This document shows positions 9,344 to 16,706 of a stretch of 64,000 bases of DNA, one piece after another. The position numbers were made by a program, and so were the translations under genes. Source of the stretch: Myxococcales bacterium (GTDB lineage: Bacteria > Myxococcota > B64-G9); contig JAAZNF010000118.1 in assembly GCA_012798435.1 (NCBI GenBank), positions 1-64,000 of the forward strand, given 5' to 3'. How positions within the stretch are numbered: position 1 is the stretch's first letter; each line of letters starts with the position of its first letter. The notes beneath the pieces are model-generated. The model had not been told where the DNA came from. It did no database searches and worked only from the letters and a program-made list of their open reading frames with translations.

Positions 9344-10306
9344 ATGGACATCCCGGTGAAAAAGATCCTGGAGGAAGCGGGCGAGACGCTGCGGCTGCGC
9401 CTGCTGGCCGGGGGCGCGGGCCTGGAGCGCAGCATTGGCCACGTGCGGGTGGAGACCCCGGGGCTGGCGCTGGCCGGCCTCAGCCAGTTCGTGGAGCCGG
9501 ACCGGGTACAGGTGCTGGGGGAGCACGAGAGCGACTTCCTCTCGTCCCTGGACGAGGCGCGCCGCGCCGAGGTGATCGCGAGGTACCTCATGGTGCGCCC
9601 GGCCTGCGTGGTGGTGGTGGACGACCTGCCGGTGCCGGAGCCGCTGCGGCTGGGCGCGGAGCGCGAGGGCGTGCCGCTATTTGTAAGCTCGCTGCGCTTC
9701 GGTACCTTTACCGAGCGGCTGACCGACTATTTGCAGGAGCGCCTGGGCGAGACTCGCACCCAGAACGGCGTGCTGGTGGACGTGCTGGGGGTGGGCGTGC
9801 TGATCCTGGGCAAGAGCGGCATCGGCAAGAGCGAGTGCGGCCTGGATCTCGTGCTGCGCGGGCACCGGCTGGTGGCCGACGACGTGGTCGAGCTCAAACA
9901 CCGGCCGCCGGCCACGGTGTACGGTCAGAGCCCGCCGCTCATCCGTCACCACATGGAGATCCGCGGCCTGGGCATCGTCAACCTGCAGGAACTGTACGGC
10001 GTCGCGGCAGTGCGCGATCGCAAGCGGGTGGATCTGGTGGTGGAGCTGGTGTCCTGGGAGCAGATCGAGGAGGCGGATCGCCTGGGCCTGCAGGAAGCCA
10101 CCTACGACATCCTGGGCGTCGAACTGCCGTACCTGGTGATCCCCATCCAGCCCGGGCGCAACGCCGCCACCATCGTGGAGGTGGCGGCCCGCAACCTCCT
10201 GCTCAAGCGCCAGGGCCGTCACTCGGCGCGCGAGCTCCAGGCCCGCCTGGAGAGAAACCTGGCGACCGGCGCGGTGGAGCCGACCCGGGGGGAGGAGAAC
10301 GAATGA
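9344..10306 (+). CDS. hprK: HPr kinase/phosphorylase HprK.
   Basis: P-loop (GKSGIGKSECGLDLVLRGHRLVADD) and the HprK signature region (EIRGLGI). 320 aa. Confidence 0.9.
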   Translation: MDIPVKKILEEAGETLRLRLLAGGAGLERSIGHVRVETPGLALAGLSQFVEPDRVQVLGEHESDFLSSLDEARRAEVIARYLMVRPACVVVVDDLPVPEPLRLGAEREGVPLFVSSLRFGTFTERLTDYLQERLGETRTQNGVLVDVLGVGVLILGKSGIGKSECGLDLVLRGHRLVADDVVELKHRPPATVYGQSPPLIRHHMEIRGLGIVNLQELYGVAAVRDRKRVDLVVELVSWEQIEEADRLGLQEATYDILGVELPYLVIPIQPGRNAATIVEVAARNLLLKRQGRHSARELQARLERNLATGAVEPTRGEENE

Positions 10307-11190
10307 GCGAAGAGCCGTACCCGAGTCGCGAGCTGGAGCTGGTGGTGTTGAGCGGGCTGTCGGGCTCCGGGAAGAGCACCGCCGCCCACGCCCTCGAGGA
10401 TCTGGGGTTCTTCGTCATCGACAACCTGCCGGTGGTGCTGCTGCCGCGGCTGCTGGAGCTGCTGCCGGGGGAGAAGGCCGAGATCGGCGCCCTGGCGGTG
10501 GTGGTGGACGCCCGCGAGGGGCCGTTTCTGGAGGACATTGCGCACGTGCTGGAGACGCTGCGTCGGGAGGGCGTGCGCCTGACGGTGGTGTTCTTGGATT
10601 GCCGCGACGAGGCGCTGCTGCGCCGTTACAGCGAGACGCGGCGCCGCCACCCCATGGCCGGGGGCGGCACGGTGGAGGACGGCATCGGCCGGGAGCGTTC
10701 GCTGCTCATGGCCCTCTCGCAGTCGGCCGACTGGGTGGTGGACACCTCCGACCTCAACCCCCACCAGCTGCGCGAGCTGGTGGAGCACCGCTTCGCGCGC
10801 GGGCGCGTCCAGGAGCACATGCGGGTGGCGCTCATCTCCTTCGGCTACCGCCATGGGTTGCCGACGCAGGCCGACCTGGTGTTCGACGTGCGCTTCTTGC
10901 CCAACCCCCACTTCGTGCCCGAGCTCCGGCACACCCGGGGCACGGACCCCGAGTGTCAGCGCTTCGTGCTGGCGTCGCCGCACGCCCAGGCCTTCCTGGA
11001 CCACGTGCTGGGATACCTGCGGGCCTTCCATCCCCTGTACGACCGCGAGGGCAAGAGCTACCTCACCCTGGCCATCGGCTGCACCGGCGGGCGCCACCGC
11101 AGCGTGGCCATGGTGGAGGCGCTGGCCCAGCGGCTGCCCGAGTTCGCCGGACGGCTGGTAGTGCGCCACCGCGATCTGGATCGCGGCTAG
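10303..11190 (+). CDS. rapZ: RNase adapter / nucleotide-binding protein RapZ (YhbJ).
   Basis: Internal Met at residue 324 of ORF 9334..11190. Walker A (LSGLSGSGKSTA). Conserved RapZ C-terminal region (FGYRHGLP...CTGGRHRSV). Confidence 0.85.
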   Translation: MSEEPYPSRELELVVLSGLSGSGKSTAAHALEDLGFFVIDNLPVVLLPRLLELLPGEKAEIGALAVVVDAREGPFLEDIAHVLETLRREGVRLTVVFLDCRDEALLRRYSETRRRHPMAGGGTVEDGIGRERSLLMALSQSADWVVDTSDLNPHQLRELVEHRFARGRVQEHMRVALISFGYRHGLPTQADLVFDVRFLPNPHFVPELRHTRGTDPECQRFVLASPHAQAFLDHVLGYLRAFHPLYDREGKSYLTLAIGCTGGRHRSVAMVEALAQRLPEFAGRLVVRHRDLDRG

Positions 11191-11204
11191 GCGAGGGGAG
11201 TGGC

Positions 11205-11480
11205 ATGGAGCGACACGCCAAACGATTCACCATCCGCAACCGCCTGGGCTTGCACGCCCGCGCGGCCACCTTGCTGGTGCAGGTGGCCAACCGCTTCCCC
11301 TGCGAGATCCGCGTCCGCAAGGGGCGTCAGGAGGTCAACGCGAAAAGCATCATGGGCGTATTGCAGCTGGCTGCGGCGCGGGGTCAGGTGGTCGAGATCG
11401 CCGCCGAGGGCGAGCAATGCCAGGAGGCGGTCGACGCCGTCGGGGAGCTGATCCGGGACGGGTTCGGCGAGGAGGAATGA
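11205..11480 (+). CDS. ptsH: Phosphocarrier protein HPr.
   Basis: 91-aa product from an internal Met of ORF 10599..11480. HPr active-site region (IRNRLGLHARAATLLVQ) with a His15 equivalent. Confidence 0.85.
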   Translation: MERHAKRFTIRNRLGLHARAATLLVQVANRFPCEIRVRKGRQEVNAKSIMGVLQLAAARGQVVEIAAEGEQCQEAVDAVGELIRDGFGEEE

Positions 11481-11484
11481 CGCA

Positions 11485-13269
11485 TTGAAGTCGAGGAAAG
11501 GCCATCGAGAGTCCAGCAACCGCGTTCTGCGCGGGATCGGAGCGTCTCCCGGGATCTGCGTCGGCACCATCCACCGCATGGACAGCGGCCCGACGCGCAT
11601 CCCCCACCAGCGCTTGGAGGCCAGCCAGGTGGGGCCGGAGATCGCGCAGTTCCGTCGGGCGGTGGCGGCCAGCATCGAGCAGATCCAGGCCCTGCAGCGG
11701 AAGCTGCGCCACCGGCGCGGCCGGGAGGCCCGGGCCATCCTGGAGGCCCACCGGACCATCCTGCGCGACGAGGCCCTGCTCAAGGGGACCGAGCGCATCA
11801 TCCTGCGCCAGCGCATCGGCGCCGAGTGGGCGCTGCAGAAGAACCTGGCCGAGATCCGCACGGTGTTCGACCGGCTGACCGACTCCTACATCCGCGAGCG
11901 CTGGAGCGACATCGAGTTCGTCAGCCAGCGTATCCTGCGCAACCTGAGCGGCCAGCGCGACCTGGTCGATGCGCCCTGGAAGCCCCACCCGGTGGTGGTG
12001 GCCCACCGCATCTCGCCGGCCGACGCGGTCAACCTGGGAAGGCTGGGCATCGAGGGGCTGGTCAGCGAGGCCGGCGGCAAGGAGTGCCACACCGCCATCG
12101 TGGCCCGGGCCCTGGAGATCCCGGCGGTGGTGGGGGTGCGCGGCCTGCTGGACGAGGTGGTGTCGGAGCAGGTGGTCATCGTGGACGGAACCCGCGGCGA
12201 GGTGGTGCTGGATCCCACCTCGGAGCGGATCGAGGAGGCCGTCAGCCGCTCCCAGGGCCAGCGGCGGCGCCTGGACGAACTGGCCGCGGAGCCGGCCCGC
12301 CCGGCCCGAACCCGGGACGGGCGAAGGCTGCACCTCTTCGCCAACCTGGAGATGATCGAGGAGGCCCGGGCCGCCGTCCGCTACGGCGCCGAGGGGGTGG
12401 GGCTGTTCCGCACCGAGTTTTTGGCCATGCGGCGACGGGTGCTCAGCGAGGAGGCGCAATACCGCTGGTACCGCCGCCTGCTGCGCTCCATGGACGGCCG
12501 GCCGGTCACCATCCGCACCTGGGATCTGGGCGGCGAGAAGCGGCTTCCGGGGCTGGGCATGGAGCCGGAGCCGGAGGACAACCCCGCGCTGGGCCTGCGC
12601 AGTATCCGCCTCTCGCTCACGCGCCTTCGCCCACTGTTTTTGGCGCAGCTACGCGCCGTGCTGCGAGCCTCCGTCGAGGGTCGGGTGCGCATCCTGTTCC
12701 CCATGATCGGCTGCGTGGAGGAGCTGCAGGACGTGCTGGAGGCCGTGGCCGAGGCCAAGGCCCAGCTGCGGAAGAAGGGTCAGGCTTACGATCCCCGGAT
12801 TCCGCTGGGCATCATGATCGAGGTGCCCGCCGCGGCGTTGCTCTCCGAGGTGCTGTCGCGGCACGTGGACTTCTTCAGCGTCGGCACCAACGATCTCATC
12901 CAGTTCACCCTGGCCACCGATCGCCACAACGAGCAGGTGGCCTACCTGTACGACCCGCTCCAGCCGGCGGTGCTGCGCCTGTTGCACCGCACCGTGCGCG
13001 CTGCGCACCGGGCCCACATCCCGGTGGGGCTGTGTGGCGAGATGGCCGGCGAGGCGCTGCACCTGCCGGTGCTCCTGGGCATGGGCTTCGACGAGATCTC
13101 CGCCAACCCCCAGGCCCTGCCGCTGTTGCGCCACCTGGTGCGCAACACCTCCTACGCCGAAGCCCGCGCCCTGGCGCGGCGGGTGCTGGCCATGGAGGAC
13201 GTGCGCGCCATCCGCTCGCTGGTGCGCGACTGGATGCTGGAGCGCTTCCCGGACACCTTCGAGTTCTGA
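11485..13269 (+). CDS. ptsI: PEP-protein phosphotransferase Enzyme I (PtsI).
   Basis: Phospho-His domain (GGKECHTAIVARALEIPAVVG) plus a PEP-utilising TIM-barrel C-terminus. The start is tightly coupled to the ptsH stop. About 15 aa of N-terminal extension relative to E. coli EI. Confidence 0.9.
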   Translation: MKSRKGHRESSNRVLRGIGASPGICVGTIHRMDSGPTRIPHQRLEASQVGPEIAQFRRAVAASIEQIQALQRKLRHRRGREARAILEAHRTILRDEALLKGTERIILRQRIGAEWALQKNLAEIRTVFDRLTDSYIRERWSDIEFVSQRILRNLSGQRDLVDAPWKPHPVVVAHRISPADAVNLGRLGIEGLVSEAGGKECHTAIVARALEIPAVVGVRGLLDEVVSEQVVIVDGTRGEVVLDPTSERIEEAVSRSQGQRRRLDELAAEPARPARTRDGRRLHLFANLEMIEEARAAVRYGAEGVGLFRTEFLAMRRRVLSEEAQYRWYRRLLRSMDGRPVTIRTWDLGGEKRLPGLGMEPEPEDNPALGLRSIRLSLTRLRPLFLAQLRAVLRASVEGRVRILFPMIGCVEELQDVLEAVAEAKAQLRKKGQAYDPRIPLGIMIEVPAAALLSEVLSRHVDFFSVGTNDLIQFTLATDRHNEQVAYLYDPLQPAVLRLLHRTVRAAHRAHIPVGLCGEMAGEALHLPVLLGMGFDEISANPQALPLLRHLVRNTSYAEARALARRVLAMEDVRAIRSLVRDWMLERFPDTFEF

Positions 13270-13276
13270 GCCTGGA

Positions 13277-14236
13277 TCACGCCCACAGGCGCTCGCCGAG
13301 CTGCGCCAGCGCCTCCAGCCCGCGGATCACCGTAGGATGGCACTCGACCAGGCGCACCGGGACCTCGCCGGAGATGGCGCGGATGCGCCCGATCTCGCGC
13401 TCGTGAATGGCCCGCCGGGCGGCGCAGTGGGGGCAGGTGTCCGAGGCCGGCTGGAGCATGTTGACGAACAAGGTGCCCAGCGGGATGCCGTGATCCTTGA
13501 GTTGGCGGATGGTCCGCTCGCTCTCCAGCACCGAGATGGCCTCGGGGATGGTGACCAGCGCGAAGTGGGTGCGGCGCGGGTCGGTGAGCGCCGCGCGGGC
13601 CGCCTCCACCCGCTGCCGCGCCGAGGTCAGCCCCGTGTGCAGGGCCTCCTCGCCGGCGCGCCGGCCGGGCAGGATGCGGCGCACGGTGCGCCCCACCCAG
13701 GAGAAGGCGTCGCGCAGCGCCAGCATCTTGCCCAGCCAGCCGTCGAGCATCTGGGGCAAAAAGAGCAAGCGCAAGGCGTGCCCGGTGGGGGCGGTGTCGA
13801 AGATCACCGCGTCGTAGTCTTTCGAGCTCGCGGCCTCGATCATGAGCTCCATGGCCACCATCTCGTCGACCCCGGGGGCCTCCCCCAGCGGGCCCATGGT
13901 GTCGAGCAGGGCGCGTTGCAGGCGGCCCCGGCGGCCGCCCTCCTCGGCCGCGCCCCGCAGCATGCCGGTGGCCGCCGCCCAGCGGGCGCTGGCGTCGATC
14001 TCCAGGGCCCGCAGGTTTGCGGCCAGCTCCGCCCCGCGGTCGCCGATGGTGCGGTCGAACACATCGGCCAGGTTGTGGGCCGGATCGGTGGAGGTGATCA
14101 GCACCCGCCGGCCCCGCCGGGCGAGGTGCGAGGCGGTGGCCGCGGCCAGGGTGGTCTTGCCCACCCCGCCCTTGCCCGAGAAGAAGAAGATGCGCGGCCC
14201 CTCCAGGGCTGGAGCGGATGAGGTGGTGGCGTCCAT
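13277..14236 (-). CDS. ArsA/Get3-family P-loop ATPase (single ATPase domain, C-terminal CxxC).
   Basis: Deviant Walker A (FFSGKGGVGKTTLAA). TDPAHNL switch motif. C-terminal CPHCAARR. 319 aa, i.e. one ATPase domain rather than the pseudo-dimeric ArsA. Confidence 0.75.
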   Translation of the reverse strand: MDATTSSAPALEGPRIFFFSGKGGVGKTTLAAATASHLARRGRRVLITSTDPAHNLADVFDRTIGDRGAELAANLRALEIDASARWAAATGMLRGAAEEGGRRGRLQRALLDTMGPLGEAPGVDEMVAMELMIEAASSKDYDAVIFDTAPTGHALRLLFLPQMLDGWLGKMLALRDAFSWVGRTVRRILPGRRAGEEALHTGLTSARQRVEAARAALTDPRRTHFALVTIPEAISVLESERTIRQLKDHGIPLGTLFVNMLQPASDTCPHCAARRAIHEREIGRIRAISGEVPVRLVECHPTVIRGLEALAQLGERLWA

Positions 14237-14357
14237 CGGCTGGCCACTCTACGTCCCGGCCGGGGTGGGCTGTCAAGATGTTGTGATGCTGACCGTACCT
14301 TACCGTATGACCCATGGGTATGCCCGATTGGCGCGGCATCGTTCGGCAAACCTTCGT

Positions 14358-14487
14358 GTAGCCTCCGCTCGGCTTATGCCGTCAAGGGCCTTCGGTCGCT
14401 GCGCGATTCGCTCTGCTCACCCTTGACGGCAGCCGAGCTGCGGCTCAATCCGCCATCATGAGGAGCATGAAGGCATGCTCCTCCTGG
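14358..14487 (+). repeat. Copy A of a dispersed, structured intergenic repeat of about 130 bp (family: copies A-F).
   Basis: Begins GTAGCCTCCGCTCGGC. Internal inverted repeat GCCGTCAAGGG ... CCCTTGACGGC. Ends in a palindromic hairpin GAGGAGCATGaaggCATGCTCCTC. Coordinates are approximate to a few bp. Confidence 0.7.
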
Positions 14488-14618
14488 TGGACCAGGCCGT
14501 CCAGCTTGTTCGGGTTTTTCCTTGAATCAGCGGGATCAAGTCTTCCCCGAAGAAGATGGAGGTTCGGGTTGCCGGAGGTGCGGTCAGCGAGTCTGGGATG
14601 ATGGGTTTCTGCCCCGCC

Positions 14619-15749
14619 TCACAGCGGGTTGCCGCAGTTGCCGCAGAACTTGGTGCCGGGGGCGTTGTCGGCCTGGCACTTCGGGCACTTGCCGCCGGTC
14701 GCCTGCAGGGGCGCGCCGCACTGGCCGCAGAACTTGGTGCCGGCCGGGTTGGGGGCCTTGCACTTGGGGCAACTCACGCCCGCGGCGAGCGGCGCGCCGC
14801 ACTGGCCGCAGAACTTGGTCCCGGCCGGGTTGGGGTGCTGGCACTTTCCGCAGGCCAGCATGGCGCCCGCCATGGCTCCCCCCGCGGCCGCCCCCGTCCC
14901 CGCCTGGGGCATCATGCCGGCCATCATGTTGGGCATCATCATGCCCATGCCGAAGCCCAGCCCCGCCCCCACGCCCGCGCCGGCCGTGCCGCCCGGCTGG
15001 TTGGCGGCGTCCTGCAGGGCCTGGGCGGCCTTGAACTTCATGTACTGGTCCAGGTTGCCCACCGCCGCCATGGCCGAGCGCTCGTCGATCTTCTTCTGCA
15101 CCTCCTCGGGCGGGGTGATGGCGTTGATGATGAAGTCCTCGCAACCGATGCCGTACTTGGCGAAGTCGTCGCGCACCCGCGCCTTCATGCCGGTGCCGAT
15201 CTCGTCGTAGTAGCGCGGCAGATCGAAGACGCTCTTCAGGTTTTCGCCCAAGAAGTCCGCCAGCCGTCCGATGACGATGCCGCGCAAAAAGTCCTCGATC
15301 TGCTGCGTGCTGTACATGCCCTGGGTGCCCACGATCTTGTTCACGAAGAGCTGGGCGTCCTCGACCTTGAAGGACATGATGCCGAAGGCCCGCAGGCGCA
15401 CCAGCGAGAGCTCGGCGTCGCGGAAGGCGATGGGCTCCTTGGTGCCCCACTTCTGGTTGGTGAAGACCTTGTGGTTGACGAACACCACCTCGGCCTTGAA
15501 GGGCGTGTCGCCCTTGAACACCGCCAGGCCGATGGCCTTCATCAGGATGGGCACGTTGCCGGTGGTCAGGGTGTGCCGGCCGGGGCCGAAGGTGTCCAGG
15601 GCCTTGCCGCCCCGGAAGAACACCGCGCTCTGGCTCTCGCGCACGATCACCTGCGCCCCGAGCTTGAGGTCGGCCTCGCCGCTGGGGGGAAAGCGGCTGC
15701 AGATGAGTTCGCCGGTATCGTCCAACGACTGCACTACTTCGACGAGCAT
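14619..15749 (-). CDS. SPFH/Band-7 family protein (YdjI-like) fused to three C-terminal zinc-ribbon modules.
   Basis: SPFH-like core. After a Gly/Ala/Met-rich linker come three near-identical CxxC-N9-CGxCG units (CGKCQHPNPAGTKFCGQCGAPL, CPKCKAPNPAGTKFCGQCGAPL, CPKCQADNAPGTKFCGNCGNPL). Confidence 0.8.
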   Translation of the reverse strand: MLVEVVQSLDDTGELICSRFPPSGEADLKLGAQVIVRESQSAVFFRGGKALDTFGPGRHTLTTGNVPILMKAIGLAVFKGDTPFKAEVVFVNHKVFTNQKWGTKEPIAFRDAELSLVRLRAFGIMSFKVEDAQLFVNKIVGTQGMYSTQQIEDFLRGIVIGRLADFLGENLKSVFDLPRYYDEIGTGMKARVRDDFAKYGIGCEDFIINAITPPEEVQKKIDERSAMAAVGNLDQYMKFKAAQALQDAANQPGGTAGAGVGAGLGFGMGMMMPNMMAGMMPQAGTGAAAGGAMAGAMLACGKCQHPNPAGTKFCGQCGAPLAAGVSCPKCKAPNPAGTKFCGQCGAPLQATGGKCPKCQADNAPGTKFCGNCGNPL

Positions 15750-15764
15750 GGTATTCCTCCTCGG

Positions 15765-16265
15765 CTAGTTTCCGGCGCCGGGCTCGCCGCCCACCGCCCG
15801 CAGGATGTTCTCCCGCTCGTTGAGCGCGCTGTCCAGGTCGCGGGCGGCCAGGATCAGCGACTCCACCGACGCGCGCACCTCGCTCTTGTCCCCGACGCCG
15901 GGGAGCGCGCGCAGCTGGGTGCACAGCTTCTCGACGCCCTCCGCCAGTTGCTCGTCGAAACGGTGGACCTTCTCCAGCCGCTCGACGTCGATCTTGTCCT
16001 TGCCGAACCAGCGCCCCGTGAAACCATAGTTGGCGTAGCGCAGCCGGTCGGTCACCCGCGACAGCGTCTGGGTCAGCTTCTCGACCCCGGACAGGAGGTC
16101 CAGGTCTCCCTGCTTGGACAGGAAGACGGTGGCCTCGTCCAGCGAGCCGCGCGCCTCCTTGAGCCGGCGCGAAAGGAACTCCCGCAACAACTTGTCGCTG
16201 TTGCGGCTGTCCTCGCGCTCCCGATACCCCTTGTATCCCGGCAGTACCTTCTCCCAGAATCCCAT
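15765..16265 (-). CDS. Hypothetical, predicted alpha-helical/coiled-coil protein (166 aa), co-directional with the SPFH gene.
   Basis: 16-bp gap to the downstream SPFH gene. Charged, helix-prone composition. No recognisable motif. Confidence 0.45.
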   Translation of the reverse strand: MGFWEKVLPGYKGYREREDSRNSDKLLREFLSRRLKEARGSLDEATVFLSKQGDLDLLSGVEKLTQTLSRVTDRLRYANYGFTGRWFGKDKIDVERLEKVHRFDEQLAEGVEKLCTQLRALPGVGDKSEVRASVESLILAARDLDSALNERENILRAVGGEPGAGN

Positions 16266-16290
16266 GGCGCCTCCTCGCGGCCTGGCTCGT

Positions 16291-16620
16291 CTAGCTCGTC
16301 CGGGACGAGCGCGACCGCAGAAATCCCACGATCAGCATGACCACCATCCAGATCAAAAAGATGGGCCAGCTCTTTCCCACCGGGGCGATGGCGCCCAGGT
16401 TGGAGAGCAGCCAGATCACGAACACCCCGGCCACCCCCAGCCCGAGCTCCAGGTAGCCGATGAACGTAAGGCACAGCCCGGCGGCGGCCACGATGGCCGG
16501 CCAGGTGCGGCCGACGCCCACCGAGCCGAAGTTCTGGATGAGGAACACCGCGGCCACGGAGAGCAGCAGCAGCGCGCCCGATATCAGACCCGCCGCCCGT
16601 CCGACCGGTTTTCCGCTCAT
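16291..16620 (-). CDS. Small integral membrane protein (109 aa, about 3 TM).
   Basis: Hydrophobic stretches (LISGALLLLSVAAVFLI; IVAAAGLCLTFIGYL; GVFVIWLLSNLGAI; IFLIWMVVMLIVGFL). First gene of the apparent three-gene unit. Confidence 0.45.
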   Translation of the reverse strand: MSGKPVGRAAGLISGALLLLSVAAVFLIQNFGSVGVGRTWPAIVAAAGLCLTFIGYLELGLGVAGVFVIWLLSNLGAIAPVGKSWPIFLIWMVVMLIVGFLRSRSSRTS

Positions 16621-16706
16621 CGCTCACCTCCCTGGCGACGTCGCCATCCGCGACCCGCACAGGGTACAGGCTTTTTTCGCCCGCCGCAACCGAAAACGGC
16701 GGGCGC

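Noticed and set aside
14459-14487. Short 'MxSMxxCSS'-like peptides readable across the terminal hairpins of repeat copies A, B and D.
   Set aside because: The apparent conservation follows from the palindromic GAGCATG...CATGCTC stem. Copy E has a different stem and a different peptide. No RBS is present, so these are not coding.
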